Positions 19,138 to 28,503 of a DNA stretch of 34,985 nt are shown here, piece after piece. The notes under the pieces were generated by a model that worked only from the letters and a program-made list of their open reading frames with translations, did no database searches and had not been told where the DNA came from. Position numbers and translations under genes: made by a program. Within the stretch, counting starts at the first letter, position 1. The number at the start of each line of letters is the position of its first letter. This stretch comes from Theionarchaea archaeon (GTDB taxonomy: Archaea > Methanobacteriota_B > Thermococci > Methanofastidiosales > SZ-28-30): assembly GCA_018992685.1 (NCBI GenBank), contig JACVGT010000035.1, positions 1 to 34,985 on the forward strand, read 5' to 3'.

Positions 19138-19473
19138 ATGGAAGAGATGATCATGCCAAAAAGAAGCAAGAAGCTACCTCATATATTAAAGGATTTAGAA
19201 GACGTCACTTGCTATATTGAGGCATCAGCTGCGGGTTCTTCCGTCAAATTGATGGTAGCATCTGGATTGCCTCGGGATATGGAACGTGATAGGGTGACAG
19301 CGAGGCCGAGGGTATTGTCCCTGCCAAGAAGGAGGTCTGTCAGAAGACGTCCTTGGGAGTGGCTGGATTACACGTTAACGAGAAGTAATCCAAGGTATAT
19401 ACCCCTCACGACTGTTGAAGAAGAACCCCAGAAGCTCGGTGAGACTAAAACCGAATTACTCTCCACGACGTGA
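19138..19473 (+). CDS. Degenerate Roadblock/LC7 paralog (possibly a pseudogene)
   Basis: LKDLEDVTCYIEASAAGSSVKLMVASGLPRDMERDRVTA aligns with LKDLEATTPDIEASAVVSVDGLMIASALPRDVEEDRVAA of 28552; the C-terminal half is diverged. Confidence 0.7.
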   Translation: MEEMIMPKRSKKLPHILKDLEDVTCYIEASAAGSSVKLMVASGLPRDMERDRVTARPRVLSLPRRRSVRRRPWEWLDYTLTRSNPRYIPLTTVEEEPQKLGETKTELLSTT

Positions 19474-19477
19474 TTCC

Positions 19478-20137
19478 ATGCCGCAGGAAATTGACAACTT
19501 CATATTCCGAAAATGGCTGGAAACGCTCCAACACATCATAGGGGAACGAGGACTCAAAACCATTCTGGAATACGCATTCCTCGATCAGTATATTGACAAT
19601 TTCCCTCCGGACGATGATATGGGCGTTATTCCAGTGGAGCACCTCACATCGCTGTATAGGGCAATCCAGGATTTGGTTGGACAAAAGGGGACAGGCAGTC
19701 TCCAACGCAACATAGGACGGAAGGTCATGGAAAGAATGGTGAGGAGCCGTCCTGCAGTGGCCCTACCCATCAAGGCCACAGCCAGAGATCTTCCTGAATC
19801 ACTGAGAATTCGCATGATTCTGAAAGAATTCATCAAGCAGTCGCTGGAACGGGCTCCTACTGTGCTGGGGAAGAACAGATATGAACTCAGAGAGAACGAT
19901 GACTACTTCCTCTTCATTGACTATGACTACGAGGGAAGCGAAGGAGTGATATCAGATAGCCCCGTGTGTGGGTTTCTGATGGGCATGGTAGATTACGCTG
20001 TTGAATGGATTACGGGCACTCCCCACAAGACGGAAGAAATTCAGTGCAGGGCCATGGGACATTCCAGTGATGTCATAAGGATCTGGAAAATGGCTGAGTC
20101 AGATGACCTTCCTTCGCGCTGTTCTATTCAAGATTGA
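19478..20137 (+). CDS. V4R domain protein (paralog of 9232..9867)
   Basis: IIGERGLKTILEYAFL..FPPDD and SPVCG..EWITG..EIQCRAMG. ATG lies 4 nt after the upstream stop. Confidence 0.85.
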   Translation: MPQEIDNFIFRKWLETLQHIIGERGLKTILEYAFLDQYIDNFPPDDDMGVIPVEHLTSLYRAIQDLVGQKGTGSLQRNIGRKVMERMVRSRPAVALPIKATARDLPESLRIRMILKEFIKQSLERAPTVLGKNRYELRENDDYFLFIDYDYEGSEGVISDSPVCGFLMGMVDYAVEWITGTPHKTEEIQCRAMGHSSDVIRIWKMAESDDLPSRCSIQD

Positions 20138-20220
20138 TCTGTAGCGTCTGAATTCGTTGAACTAAGGAGATAGATGTGGACTTAAAATATACCTGAATAG
20201 ACGTGAACTACATTTGAACA

Positions 20221-20234
20221 GAAAAGTTTATAAG
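20221..20234 (+). promoter_or_regulatory. BRE-TATA promoter of the MFS gene
   Basis: GAAAAGTTTATAAG. Confidence 0.65.
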
Positions 20235-20276
20235 TAGAAAGCACTCTAAGTTCACAAAAATGTACAAAGTGAGATC

Positions 20277-21563
20277 ATGAAGCATGCGCGGAATTTCTGG
20301 CTCTACTCCACAGGTAGGCTTGTGTCCCTTATTGGTACCGGTATCCAAGATGTGGCCCTGCCTTTGTTTATTCTGGATCTGACAGGCTCAGGTGCCGTGA
20401 TGGGCACCTTCATGATCATGACCGTCGCTCCCCGCCTTGTAATGGTGCCTCTTGCAGGAGTAATTGGGGACAGGGTGAATAGGAAGAAAATCATGGTGTG
20501 GACTGATTTCGGGAGGGGGGTACTCATTCTAGGGCTGGTTGGACTGGCCTATAATAACCTGATTACTATCCCTCTCCTGTTTGGAGCTCAGTTTCTGACT
20601 TCTATCTTGAATGCATCATTTGGGCCAGCCACCTCTGCCATGCTTCCTGACATCGTTGAGGATGAGGATCTAACCAGGGCTAACAGCATTCTGGGAGCTG
20701 TCAACAGTGTTTCTTTTATCATTGGACCTGCCATGGGAGGGATTATCTACGCAATAGGCGGGATTGAAGTTGCCTTTTTGATAAACAGTATTTCTTTCTT
20801 AGGGTCAGGAGTCAGCGAATTGTTCATCAGATACAATCAGAAGACCAGGAGCTTCACGGGGGTGCGTGAAGTGGTAAGCGATCTGAGAGAAGGGATCTCG
20901 TTCGTAGGAGCACATCACGGGCTAATGATTCTGTTGATGATAGCTCTGGTCCTTAACTTTTTCTTGTCGCCTCTATTCTCTGTGGTTGTTCCGTACGTGA
21001 TGAGAGTGGTCATAAAATTCTCTTCAGAGCAATTCGGAATGCTGGAAACATCGTTTATGGGTGGGACACTATGTGGAAATATCATCATTGGGGCTTTTCT
21101 GGCAAAAACAAAAATAAAGAAAATGCTGAATTGCGGACTTCTTGTAGAGTCCGGGATTTTGATTGGGTTTGCCTTGATCATTCTCCCTCAAGGGTTGTAC
21201 CTGCTGGGATATGCCAGTTGGCTGTGTTTTTCGGTGCTATCCTTTACGTTCGCATCCATGGGGTTATTCAATGCTTTTGTCAATACACCACTCATGGTGG
21301 AACTGCAGAGAATGACTCCCACTGCTTTCAGAGCCCGGGTTTTCTCAGTGGTGGAACTCGCCGCTCAGGCTGTGGTGCCCATTGGATTTGGGATCATGGG
21401 ATTCTTGCTGGATATGGTTCCTGCCCACTGGATTGTGATGGTTCTGTCAGTTGCTCAGATGGGAGTAGTAGTGTACTTCATTGTAGGCCTCTCTGGCAGG
21501 GTATATGAGGATTTAGAAACCAGTAACAGCAATGCGTCACCCAAGCTCGCATCTCCAGACTGA
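20277..21563 (+). CDS. MFS transporter (DHA3/MefA-like efflux)
   Basis: GVIGDRVNRKKIMVWTDFGRG motif A, IGPAMGG, ~12 TM segments. Confidence 0.92.
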   Translation: MKHARNFWLYSTGRLVSLIGTGIQDVALPLFILDLTGSGAVMGTFMIMTVAPRLVMVPLAGVIGDRVNRKKIMVWTDFGRGVLILGLVGLAYNNLITIPLLFGAQFLTSILNASFGPATSAMLPDIVEDEDLTRANSILGAVNSVSFIIGPAMGGIIYAIGGIEVAFLINSISFLGSGVSELFIRYNQKTRSFTGVREVVSDLREGISFVGAHHGLMILLMIALVLNFFLSPLFSVVVPYVMRVVIKFSSEQFGMLETSFMGGTLCGNIIIGAFLAKTKIKKMLNCGLLVESGILIGFALIILPQGLYLLGYASWLCFSVLSFTFASMGLFNAFVNTPLMVELQRMTPTAFRARVFSVVELAAQAVVPIGFGIMGFLLDMVPAHWIVMVLSVAQMGVVVYFIVGLSGRVYEDLETSNSNASPKLASPD

Positions 21564-21591
21564 AAAGTGGCTGACAACCGCTCTCTCAACC

Positions 21592-22953
21592 TCAGAGTCC
21601 GGTGCTGAGCTCTCTCTCGACCTGCTGCAGAGTCTTTCTGAACCACATCATTGCAACGCCAAACCCAATGACCTCTGCAACAGGAAATGCGTACCAGATC
21701 AGTGGCAACCCACCGACTCTCCCAAACACAACTGCTAAAGGCAGGAGCAGGACAAGCTGCCTGAAAACAGTAATACCCAAGCTTCGAAATGCTTTCCCAA
21801 ATGCCTGGAACGTGACGGAAGCAATCAAGGTAAGGCCCACCACAGGATACAAGTAGCTTATCGTCTTCAGAGCCTGAGTCCCGGTGTTCACTAATTCTGG
21901 ATTGTCATTGAATAATCTGACCAGCTGAGAAGGAATAAACTGGAATATGCAGAACCCAAGAACAGTAAAAGAAAAAGCCACCATAATCCCGTATTTCACC
22001 GTCTTCTTGATCCGTTCAAAATTCCTATGGCCGTAATTATATCCTACTAAAGGAAGGTATCCTTGGTTTAGCCCAAATACTGGCATGAGTACAAATGACT
22101 GTAACCTGAAGTAGATACCCATAGCAGCAATGGCTGTTGCAGAAAATCCTCCCAGTATAATGTTCATGGATCCTGCCATGACAGAAGCCAAGAGCTGCAT
22201 GACCATTGACGGAAATCCCACGTTGAATATTCCCTTGACCACAGGAAAATCATAGGCAAAATGTCTGAAATCAAGAGAAATCAAGGTTTTCCCCCTGAAC
22301 AGTATATACAGGATGAAGGACCCGCTCACGACTCTGGATAGGACGGTGGCGAGAGCAGCACCTGCAACTTCCATCCGTGGAAAAGGCCCTATTCCAAAAA
22401 TGAACAGAGGGTCCAGCACCATGTTCATGACAGACCCAATGAGCATGGTAACCATGGGAATGAAGGTATTCCCTTCCCCCCGCAGAATGGCATTCGACAT
22501 CATGGGGATAAACAACGCCGTGGAACCAATGAGTATAATTCTGATATAGTCTGACCCGAATCCAGTTAAGACAGGATCATTTGAGAACAACGCGATAATT
22601 TCGGAAGAGAACACATATCCTGCTACGAACGCAAGACCTCCAAACAAGAGGGCAATGAGTATCCCATGCTCAGCAGCATTGGAAGCTTTCTGTACATTCC
22701 CCTGCCCAATGAGCCGGGACATCAATGAGGTTACCCCCACACCTGTTCCTACTGCCACAGCAATGAGAACCATCTGCACGGGAAATGCGAGAGACAGAGC
22801 AGCCAGAGCTTCTTTGTTGAGGTGTCCAACCCAGATGCTGTCAACCACGCTGTACAATGCCTGGATGAACATGCTGATAATCCCTGGCACTGATAACCTA
22901 ATGAGCAGTGTGAAAATCTCATCTGATTCAAGTCTGATTCTTTCTTCTGCCAT
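21592..22953 (-). CDS. MATE family efflux transporter
   Basis: LYSVVDSIWVG, LRGEGNT, NMVLDPLFIFG, GAALATVLS, GYNYG. Confidence 0.95.
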   Translation of the reverse strand: MAEERIRLESDEIFTLLIRLSVPGIISMFIQALYSVVDSIWVGHLNKEALAALSLAFPVQMVLIAVAVGTGVGVTSLMSRLIGQGNVQKASNAAEHGILIALLFGGLAFVAGYVFSSEIIALFSNDPVLTGFGSDYIRIILIGSTALFIPMMSNAILRGEGNTFIPMVTMLIGSVMNMVLDPLFIFGIGPFPRMEVAGAALATVLSRVVSGSFILYILFRGKTLISLDFRHFAYDFPVVKGIFNVGFPSMVMQLLASVMAGSMNIILGGFSATAIAAMGIYFRLQSFVLMPVFGLNQGYLPLVGYNYGHRNFERIKKTVKYGIMVAFSFTVLGFCIFQFIPSQLVRLFNDNPELVNTGTQALKTISYLYPVVGLTLIASVTFQAFGKAFRSLGITVFRQLVLLLPLAVVFGRVGGLPLIWYAFPVAEVIGFGVAMMWFRKTLQQVERELSTGL

Positions 22954-23137
22954 GATAACCTTTGTCTCAAAAGAACCCTAATATTTAAAGGTTGGGAGAT
23001 GTTATCGATTTTTCGGAGGTGGAGCAATGACAATTGATTTGGACATGTCTTTTCACAGTTTCTGCTCTTTCCGCCATAATGACGAAATGAAGTCCTGAAG
23101 AAGAAAGTTTTTTAAATATGGAATCTATTTAGTCTCC

Positions 23138-24016
23138 ATGAAAAAGATTGTCATCGTAGCTTTCCTCGTCTTGTCTCTGGGATGTGTGGGTCAAAGCGGA
23201 TTGGGTCCTTTCCTTCAGGAAGAAGTTGAACTGCTTTTCGAGAATGAAATATCGCCAGATGTCTTATCCATTGACTTTGAAACCCGTAATGGCCACATTG
23301 AGCTTTCTATCTGGGACAAATCGTCGTACAGAGTCGAAGTCACCAAGTGGGCCCAGGCTTTAACGTCAAGCGACGCCTTGGAGAAAGCTGAAGCCTTGAA
23401 CATAGATTTTTCAGAGACAGAACAATCTGGAGCGGTGACCCTGACACTCAGGACGGAGCTTGTGAGTAATACAGGTGCCCATCTCAGGGTGTATCTTCCT
23501 GCAGCGCCCTTGGACGAGGTTGGCCTTTCAACATCCAACGGTTACATCCAGGTGAACGAGGTCTCTGCGTCCAGAATTGTCTTGAGTACAAGCAATGCCC
23601 AGGTCAGAGGATCACTAACTGCAGACACCATTTCGGTGCGAACCAGTAATGGGGCAATAGAAGGGTTCTTCCAGGGAGAGGATGTGACTGTTGCAACCTC
23701 GAATGCCAGGATAGACATTGAATGTGGTGAGGGCGGAACATACAAGATAGAGACAAGCAATGGAAGAGTTGATTTGACCATTGGATCAAGGGGGACCATT
23801 GATGTTTATACGTCAAATGCGTCCATTGATCTCCTTGTCAGGGACGATTTCAACTTCGACTTATCCACCACCAATGCAAGCATCACTGTTGACGCGGGTC
23901 CTGTGGTCTACACTCTTGACACTGCCCGGAATAAGAAAGGGTTCACTGCTGAGAATCCTGAGGTCTCCATTACAGCATCGACATCCAATGGAAGCATCAC
24001 TGTGAGAAAATCCTGA
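23138..24016 (+). CDS. DUF4097-type beta-strand repeat lipoprotein
   Basis: MKK + hydrophobic stretch + SLGC lipobox; repeated TSNG/TSNA/TTNA motifs; TTTAAATA box 20 nt upstream. Confidence 0.8.
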   Translation: MKKIVIVAFLVLSLGCVGQSGLGPFLQEEVELLFENEISPDVLSIDFETRNGHIELSIWDKSSYRVEVTKWAQALTSSDALEKAEALNIDFSETEQSGAVTLTLRTELVSNTGAHLRVYLPAAPLDEVGLSTSNGYIQVNEVSASRIVLSTSNAQVRGSLTADTISVRTSNGAIEGFFQGEDVTVATSNARIDIECGEGGTYKIETSNGRVDLTIGSRGTIDVYTSNASIDLLVRDDFNFDLSTTNASITVDAGPVVYTLDTARNKKGFTAENPEVSITASTSNGSITVRKS

Positions 24017-24041
24017 TTCTTTGGGAAATTCTTTCCCTCTT

Positions 24042-24506
24042 TTACTTGAGGTCCCTTTCTTCCTTTTGGCAGTTATAAAGAGAAGCACCGCATTGAGAGC
24101 ACGTTTCATCGTACCAGCAAAATGACGTTCCACACTCAGGGCATTCCCACCTTGATTTCTGCTGGTTCAACCAGGATTCAACTCCCTGTTCTTCAATGGC
24201 TCTGAGGTTCTCAAAGATTACTGAGTGATGTGGACATTCATCTGCCTGAAACGCCACCAGAGCAGAGCACGGGTACCCGGGACATTGAAAGCAGAAATCC
24301 ACCTTCTTGCTTTCTGCACACATCTTCATGTCACATGTCCTGCAGTACACAGATTCCACGCTGGTCTTGCACCCGTGGCACACCAGGTCATCTGGATCCT
24401 CTCCCCAGGCCTGTGCTGTTTCCTGGAGAGTTCCTTGTTCATTGGCCTTGAGAACTGGACATGCGCCACAGCACAGCCCGCAGTATGAATCATATCGATA
24501 CGTCAT
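24042..24506 (-). CDS. DUF3795-type cysteine-rich protein with C-terminal zinc ribbon
   Basis: YCGLCCGACP, CHGCK, CRTC..C, FCFQCPGYPC, WECPECG..CSQC; ATG at 24506 follows AAGGAG. Confidence 0.8.
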   Translation of the reverse strand: MTYRYDSYCGLCCGACPVLKANEQGTLQETAQAWGEDPDDLVCHGCKTSVESVYCRTCDMKMCAESKKVDFCFQCPGYPCSALVAFQADECPHHSVIFENLRAIEEQGVESWLNQQKSRWECPECGTSFCWYDETCSQCGASLYNCQKEERDLK

Positions 24507-24561
24507 AATACCACTCCTTTCTGGGTTGCAGATAACCGTCTTGGACTTGCTGCTCCCTGAA

Positions 24562-25689
24562 TCAGGATTCTCTACACGCTTTGATGCCATGCAACAGCTT
24601 ATCAATGTCTTCTCCAGTATTCCAGAAGTGGGTGGAAACTCTGATTCCATTCATTCTCGCTGAACAAATGATATTTTGCTTTCTCAGGACCTCAGCAACT
24701 TTCTCTGATCCTGGAAGTCTAATATTCACGATGCCAGCTCGTCTTTTTCTGTCAGAGGGAGTCTGGACATCGTCACAGCTGTCGATGATGTATTGCGATA
24801 GATCCAGAACCCTTTTTTCAATAGCTTTAGCCCCTATCTCAGACAGTATTTCCAGACTTTTCCTCAATCCACCTATGAGGGCAAAGCTCTTCCCTCCTGT
24901 TTCAAATTTCCTGGCTGTATCGGAGAGTTCAACCTCTCTGAGCCCGGGCCTGTTGAAATTCTCATAGTCTTTCAACGAAAACCAGCCGAGGTATGGAGGA
25001 TCCATCTCTTCCAAGTATTCTTTCTTAATAAAGAAGAGTCCCACTCCCAAGGGGCCCATCAGCCACTTGTAGCTTGCAGTGGCAAAAAAGTCAATCCCCA
25101 TCTCCTGTACATCAACAGGGACTGCACCTAACCCTTGAATGATGTCTGAACAGAGAAACGAATCATGCTCCTTGCACAGGCTGGACACTTCCTTCAGGTC
25201 GCATCTGAACCCATTTCCGAATTGGACAAATGAGAGTGATACGAGCCGGGTGGTATCGTCAATAGCTTTTTCAATATCCTCCATGAGAAGTTCACCTTTG
25301 ACATTTTGGACCTGCCTTACAACTACTCCTTTGTTCTGCAGGTTGAACCAGGGCAAGCTATTGGAAGGAAATTCAAGATCAGAAGTTACCACACTGTCAC
25401 CTTTTTTCCAGGGGATCATATGCGCCACAGTGTTTAACCCTTCGGTGGTATTGAGCATGAAGGCAATCTCGTCAGAGGATGCATTGACAAACCGAGCTAC
25501 CATGTCTCTGCTTTCTTCAAGCATTTCCAGCCATGAATTATAGTCAAAACACGCTTCTTCAGCTCTCTTGTGGAGGAAGGTTTCCATTTCGGTGATAGTG
25601 TCTTGAAAAAAGGGAGAAACTGCTGCACAGTCAAGGTGAGTGCAGGTTCTCAGGGCAGGTATCCTGTCTCGTATCTTGGATATATTCAT
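24562..25689 (-). CDS. Class V PLP-dependent aminotransferase / cysteine desulfurase-like enzyme
   Basis: HLDCAA, NTTEGL, EFPSN, DIIQGLG, SYKWLMGP (PLP lysine), KFETG, IRVSTHFWN; GGTGA-N4-ATG at 25689. Confidence 0.9.
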   Translation of the reverse strand: MNISKIRDRIPALRTCTHLDCAAVSPFFQDTITEMETFLHKRAEEACFDYNSWLEMLEESRDMVARFVNASSDEIAFMLNTTEGLNTVAHMIPWKKGDSVVTSDLEFPSNSLPWFNLQNKGVVVRQVQNVKGELLMEDIEKAIDDTTRLVSLSFVQFGNGFRCDLKEVSSLCKEHDSFLCSDIIQGLGAVPVDVQEMGIDFFATASYKWLMGPLGVGLFFIKKEYLEEMDPPYLGWFSLKDYENFNRPGLREVELSDTARKFETGGKSFALIGGLRKSLEILSEIGAKAIEKRVLDLSQYIIDSCDDVQTPSDRKRRAGIVNIRLPGSEKVAEVLRKQNIICSARMNGIRVSTHFWNTGEDIDKLLHGIKACRES

Positions 25690-25850
25690 CTCATCACCAC
25701 ACTGTCTTTCCACACGAGGTATAAAGAGTTGCCTGTTAGACTATCCTGACTCTTGCATTTCAGTGAGCTGAAATATCTCTCGGCCTAAAGGCCGGGCATA
25801 ACCTATTTAAGGCTGCCAGTGCTTGGGCACTAGAAAAATGAGGTGATACT

Positions 25851-26414
25851 ATATTCACGAAGGTACTGATTGCATATGGATCTCGATATGGAAGTACTGA
25901 GGAAATTGCCACAAAAATCGGCGAAGTCTTGGCAAAAGAAGGAATAGAACCCGAATATGTGAATCTCAGGAAAACACGAGAAGGTAAGTGGCCATCCCCC
26001 AATGATTTTGATGGGGTCCTTGTAGGATCAGGCATCAAGATTGCGAAATGGACAAAAGAAGCAGAATCTTTTCTGAAGATGAACAAGGATTGTTTCCAGG
26101 GAAAGAAACCTCTGGGATTATTTGTCTCTTGCGGAACTGCTGTGCAGGATAAAGAACAGGCCAGAAAGGACTATCTGGAGGCGATCATAGAGACCTTTGG
26201 TTTGACAGCTGCGATGTATGAAGCTTTTGGCCCTCTATATGACCTCTCTGGTTCTTCAAAGATGGGATTTCTGGACAAGAGGATGCTGAAAATGGCTTCC
26301 GAGAAGTCGTGGGAGGAAGCAGGGTTGCAAATCGATAAGAATGGAAGGAATGATTTCCGCGAATGGGAGCAGATTGAAGAATTCGGAAAGCAATTCGCCT
26401 CAATACTGGAATAA
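25851..26414 (+). CDS. Flavodoxin-domain protein (HemG-like), apparent ATA start
   Basis: The FMN-binding loop KVLIAYGSRYGSTEEIA is in frame upstream of the track's TTG 25929. In-frame TGA at 25839; GAGGTGA-N4-ATA; C-terminal DFREWEQI. Confidence 0.85.
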   Translation: MFTKVLIAYGSRYGSTEEIATKIGEVLAKEGIEPEYVNLRKTREGKWPSPNDFDGVLVGSGIKIAKWTKEAESFLKMNKDCFQGKKPLGLFVSCGTAVQDKEQARKDYLEAIIETFGLTAAMYEAFGPLYDLSGSSKMGFLDKRMLKMASEKSWEEAGLQIDKNGRNDFREWEQIEEFGKQFASILE

Positions 26415-26420
26415 AGTCAA

Positions 26421-27089
26421 TTACCGGGTCCATGATTGTATCAATTCACCCAGTTTCCCCACATTCCCTATAATCCCTGCAGGGGAATACCTCTTAAACC
26501 GCTCCTCCTCCGTCACTCCAGACAGGACAGCTACAAAGCACATTGAGGCTCTCCGGGCTGCTTCAGCATCGGTCACACTATCTCCCACGTAGAGAACTTC
26601 GTCCGGAGGGCACCTCAGTTGATGAGCAGCTTTCAGCAATGCCTCAGGATGAGGTTTATGGTACACAACGTCTTCCCCGCCAACGATTACGTCAAAAGCA
26701 GAAAGAATCTCCTCTCTCTTCAAAATGGTTTCAATCCTGTACCTGAACTTGGTAGACGCAATGCCCAGAAGGAATTGGCCCTTCAAGAAAAGAAGACTCT
26801 CATGGACTTCCTTATATACCGTGGTCAGGTCAGCCATGACTTCATCAGCCCGCTTCACAAAAAGCCTCTCAAACTCAGCACTCCTCTCGTCATCCACTGT
26901 ATCTGACACGTGCACAAACGTCTCTTGCAAGGACAGCCCAATAGTCTCTCTGGCCTTTTCATCAGACACTGCAGGCAATCCCATCTCTCCAAGAGCAGAA
27001 TTGATACACTCAATGACACCCCGGGAGGTATCTGCAAGAGTGTAGTCGAAATCAAACAGAATTGCCCGTATCATCCTTTGTTCCTTCAT
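26421..27089 (-). CDS. HAD-superfamily phosphatase (phosphoglycolate phosphatase-like)
   Basis: FDFDYTL motif I, ASTK, KPHPE, YVGDSVTD. Confidence 0.92.
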   Translation of the reverse strand: MKEQRMIRAILFDFDYTLADTSRGVIECINSALGEMGLPAVSDEKARETIGLSLQETFVHVSDTVDDERSAEFERLFVKRADEVMADLTTVYKEVHESLLFLKGQFLLGIASTKFRYRIETILKREEILSAFDVIVGGEDVVYHKPHPEALLKAAHQLRCPPDEVLYVGDSVTDAEAARRASMCFVAVLSGVTEEERFKRYSPAGIIGNVGKLGELIQSWTR

Positions 27090-27099
27090 CTCTTCTCAG

Positions 27100-27723
27100 T
27101 TATCTGGCATTGTTCCTGGGCTTTGACTGGTACTCTCCTGCTGTTACGCTGAACCAGAACGTCGTTTCATTGAACTTCCAGGGACGTAGCCTCGATATGG
27201 CCAGTATCTCTTTAGCTTCCTGTGCCGTGTATGCGGTCTTTAATGCCGGTATCATATAGCCTGCCCATGAACGTTTTCGATCGCCCAATCCGCAGACGCC
27301 GCCGGGCTTTAGAACCCGTTCAATCTCATTGAGCATCGCCACAGGATCACTTATGGCATGAAACACATTCATGCTGACTACCACATCAAACCAGTTGTCT
27401 TTGAAAGGCATATTCTGTATGTCCCCCTTTTCAATGCTCAAATTCGGGACATCTCTGGCTACCTCTTCAGCAATCTCCAACAGCGGGCCAGGCTCGTCCA
27501 GTCCGACCACCTCTGCCTTTGGCAGGATTTGAGCAAGTTGATACGTCATTTCACCCCCGCCACATCCTGCATCAAGAATTCTGCCATCTTTAAAATGGAT
27601 TTTCTTCAACTGTGTTGCCATTTCCAGTCCCATCCTCTTCTGCTGCTTTTCAACTGATTTAACTAACTTTTCAGCTTCCTTCTTTGTTCTGGGCAGTCTG
27701 GGACCGGGATTCTTTCTTTTCAT
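27100..27723 (-). CDS. Class I SAM-dependent methyltransferase
   Basis: ILDAGCGGG, GDIQNMPFKDNWFD, RVLKPGG. ATG 27723 (GTGTGA-N4) preferred; 27789 is an alternative. Confidence 0.88.
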   Translation of the reverse strand: MKRKNPGPRLPRTKKEAEKLVKSVEKQQKRMGLEMATQLKKIHFKDGRILDAGCGGGEMTYQLAQILPKAEVVGLDEPGPLLEIAEEVARDVPNLSIEKGDIQNMPFKDNWFDVVVSMNVFHAISDPVAMLNEIERVLKPGGVCGLGDRKRSWAGYMIPALKTAYTAQEAKEILAISRLRPWKFNETTFWFSVTAGEYQSKPRNNAR

Positions 27724-27914
27724 TTTATCACACGCTGTCAATGTTATGATCGCATAAAAATCTGACCCCAGGCTGCGAGTATCCACCATGAGGCTTCTTG
27801 TGTATCTGTATTTATCATTCCGTAGGACGCTCTCCTGTAATCTGTCTATCTATGCTGGCTCTCCTAACCGATAATTTTAAATACTGCTCTCAAAAAAAGA
27901 AATAGGGAATATTT

Positions 27915-28289
27915 ATGCACAAGATAGATCTGCTCAAGGAAAATGTAAATGGTGTAAAAGGATCATTTCTCATTAAGAATGCGGGATTCACTGAGTGTGA
28001 TCTCCAGGAAGAGAAGGTTTCGTATCTGCCAAAGAGCATTAAATTCCTGACTGAATCTTTTGCAGAAGCCAACAGAAACCTGAGGAAGATATCTATTGTT
28101 GCTGAAGATCTCTGTTATATCTTCTTCCATGAACAATACATTCTTGGAACTGTCGTCTCCAGAACAACCAACATTCCACTCCTAGAAATGGTTTCACACA
28201 AACTTCTGTTCACTATTGAGGATACCCCTGAAAAGACACAAGAGGCTGTGGACGAGGTACTGCAGAGGATGGCTGTTTTCATTGGATAG
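27915..28289 (+). CDS. Hypothetical protein, divergent Roadblock/longin-like fold
   Basis: Pattern VNGVKGSFLI..G / helix / LRKISI..YIFF..ILGTVV..TNIPLL parallels the Roadblock topology. TTTAAATA box upstream; adjacent to a canonical Roadblock. Confidence 0.55.
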   Translation: MHKIDLLKENVNGVKGSFLIKNAGFTECDLQEEKVSYLPKSIKFLTESFAEANRNLRKISIVAEDLCYIFFHEQYILGTVVSRTTNIPLLEMVSHKLLFTIEDTPEKTQEAVDEVLQRMAVFIG

Positions 28290-28378
28290 CCACAAGGCAC
28301 ATCCCTACTGTTCTTTCAAGAAGTAACTGTTCCTTTCATTTCAAGTGGTATTCGCACAAATCCCTTTCCTATTCGTAA

Positions 28379-28421
28379 TCTTTAAAAGCTTTCAGGAGAA
28401 TAGAAATAACACTGTACAGTG
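28379..28421 (+). promoter_or_regulatory. TATA box and 12-bp palindrome at the expected transcription start
   Basis: TCTTTAAAAG (28379-88); CACTGTACAGTG (28410-21). Confidence 0.5.
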
Positions 28422-28503
28422 ATCGGGAGGTGCTGGCAGAGAACGTGTGCCAGCAGCAGTAACGATCCTCCTGATTTCCCCAGACGCGCGTCGGATTGCA
28501 CAG
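28412..28503 (+). ncRNA. Candidate structured 5' leader RNA upstream of the Roadblock gene
   Basis: Nested stems 28421-30/28467-76 and 28431-38/28448-55, a small hairpin at 28483-92, and a closing stem 28412-20/28495-503. Confidence 0.4.

Noticed and set aside
28419-28474. Possible box C/D guide RNA (GTGATCG ... CTGA)
   Set aside because: Box C deviates from RTGATGA, there is no convincing C'/D' pair, and the would-be guide regions are locked in stems.
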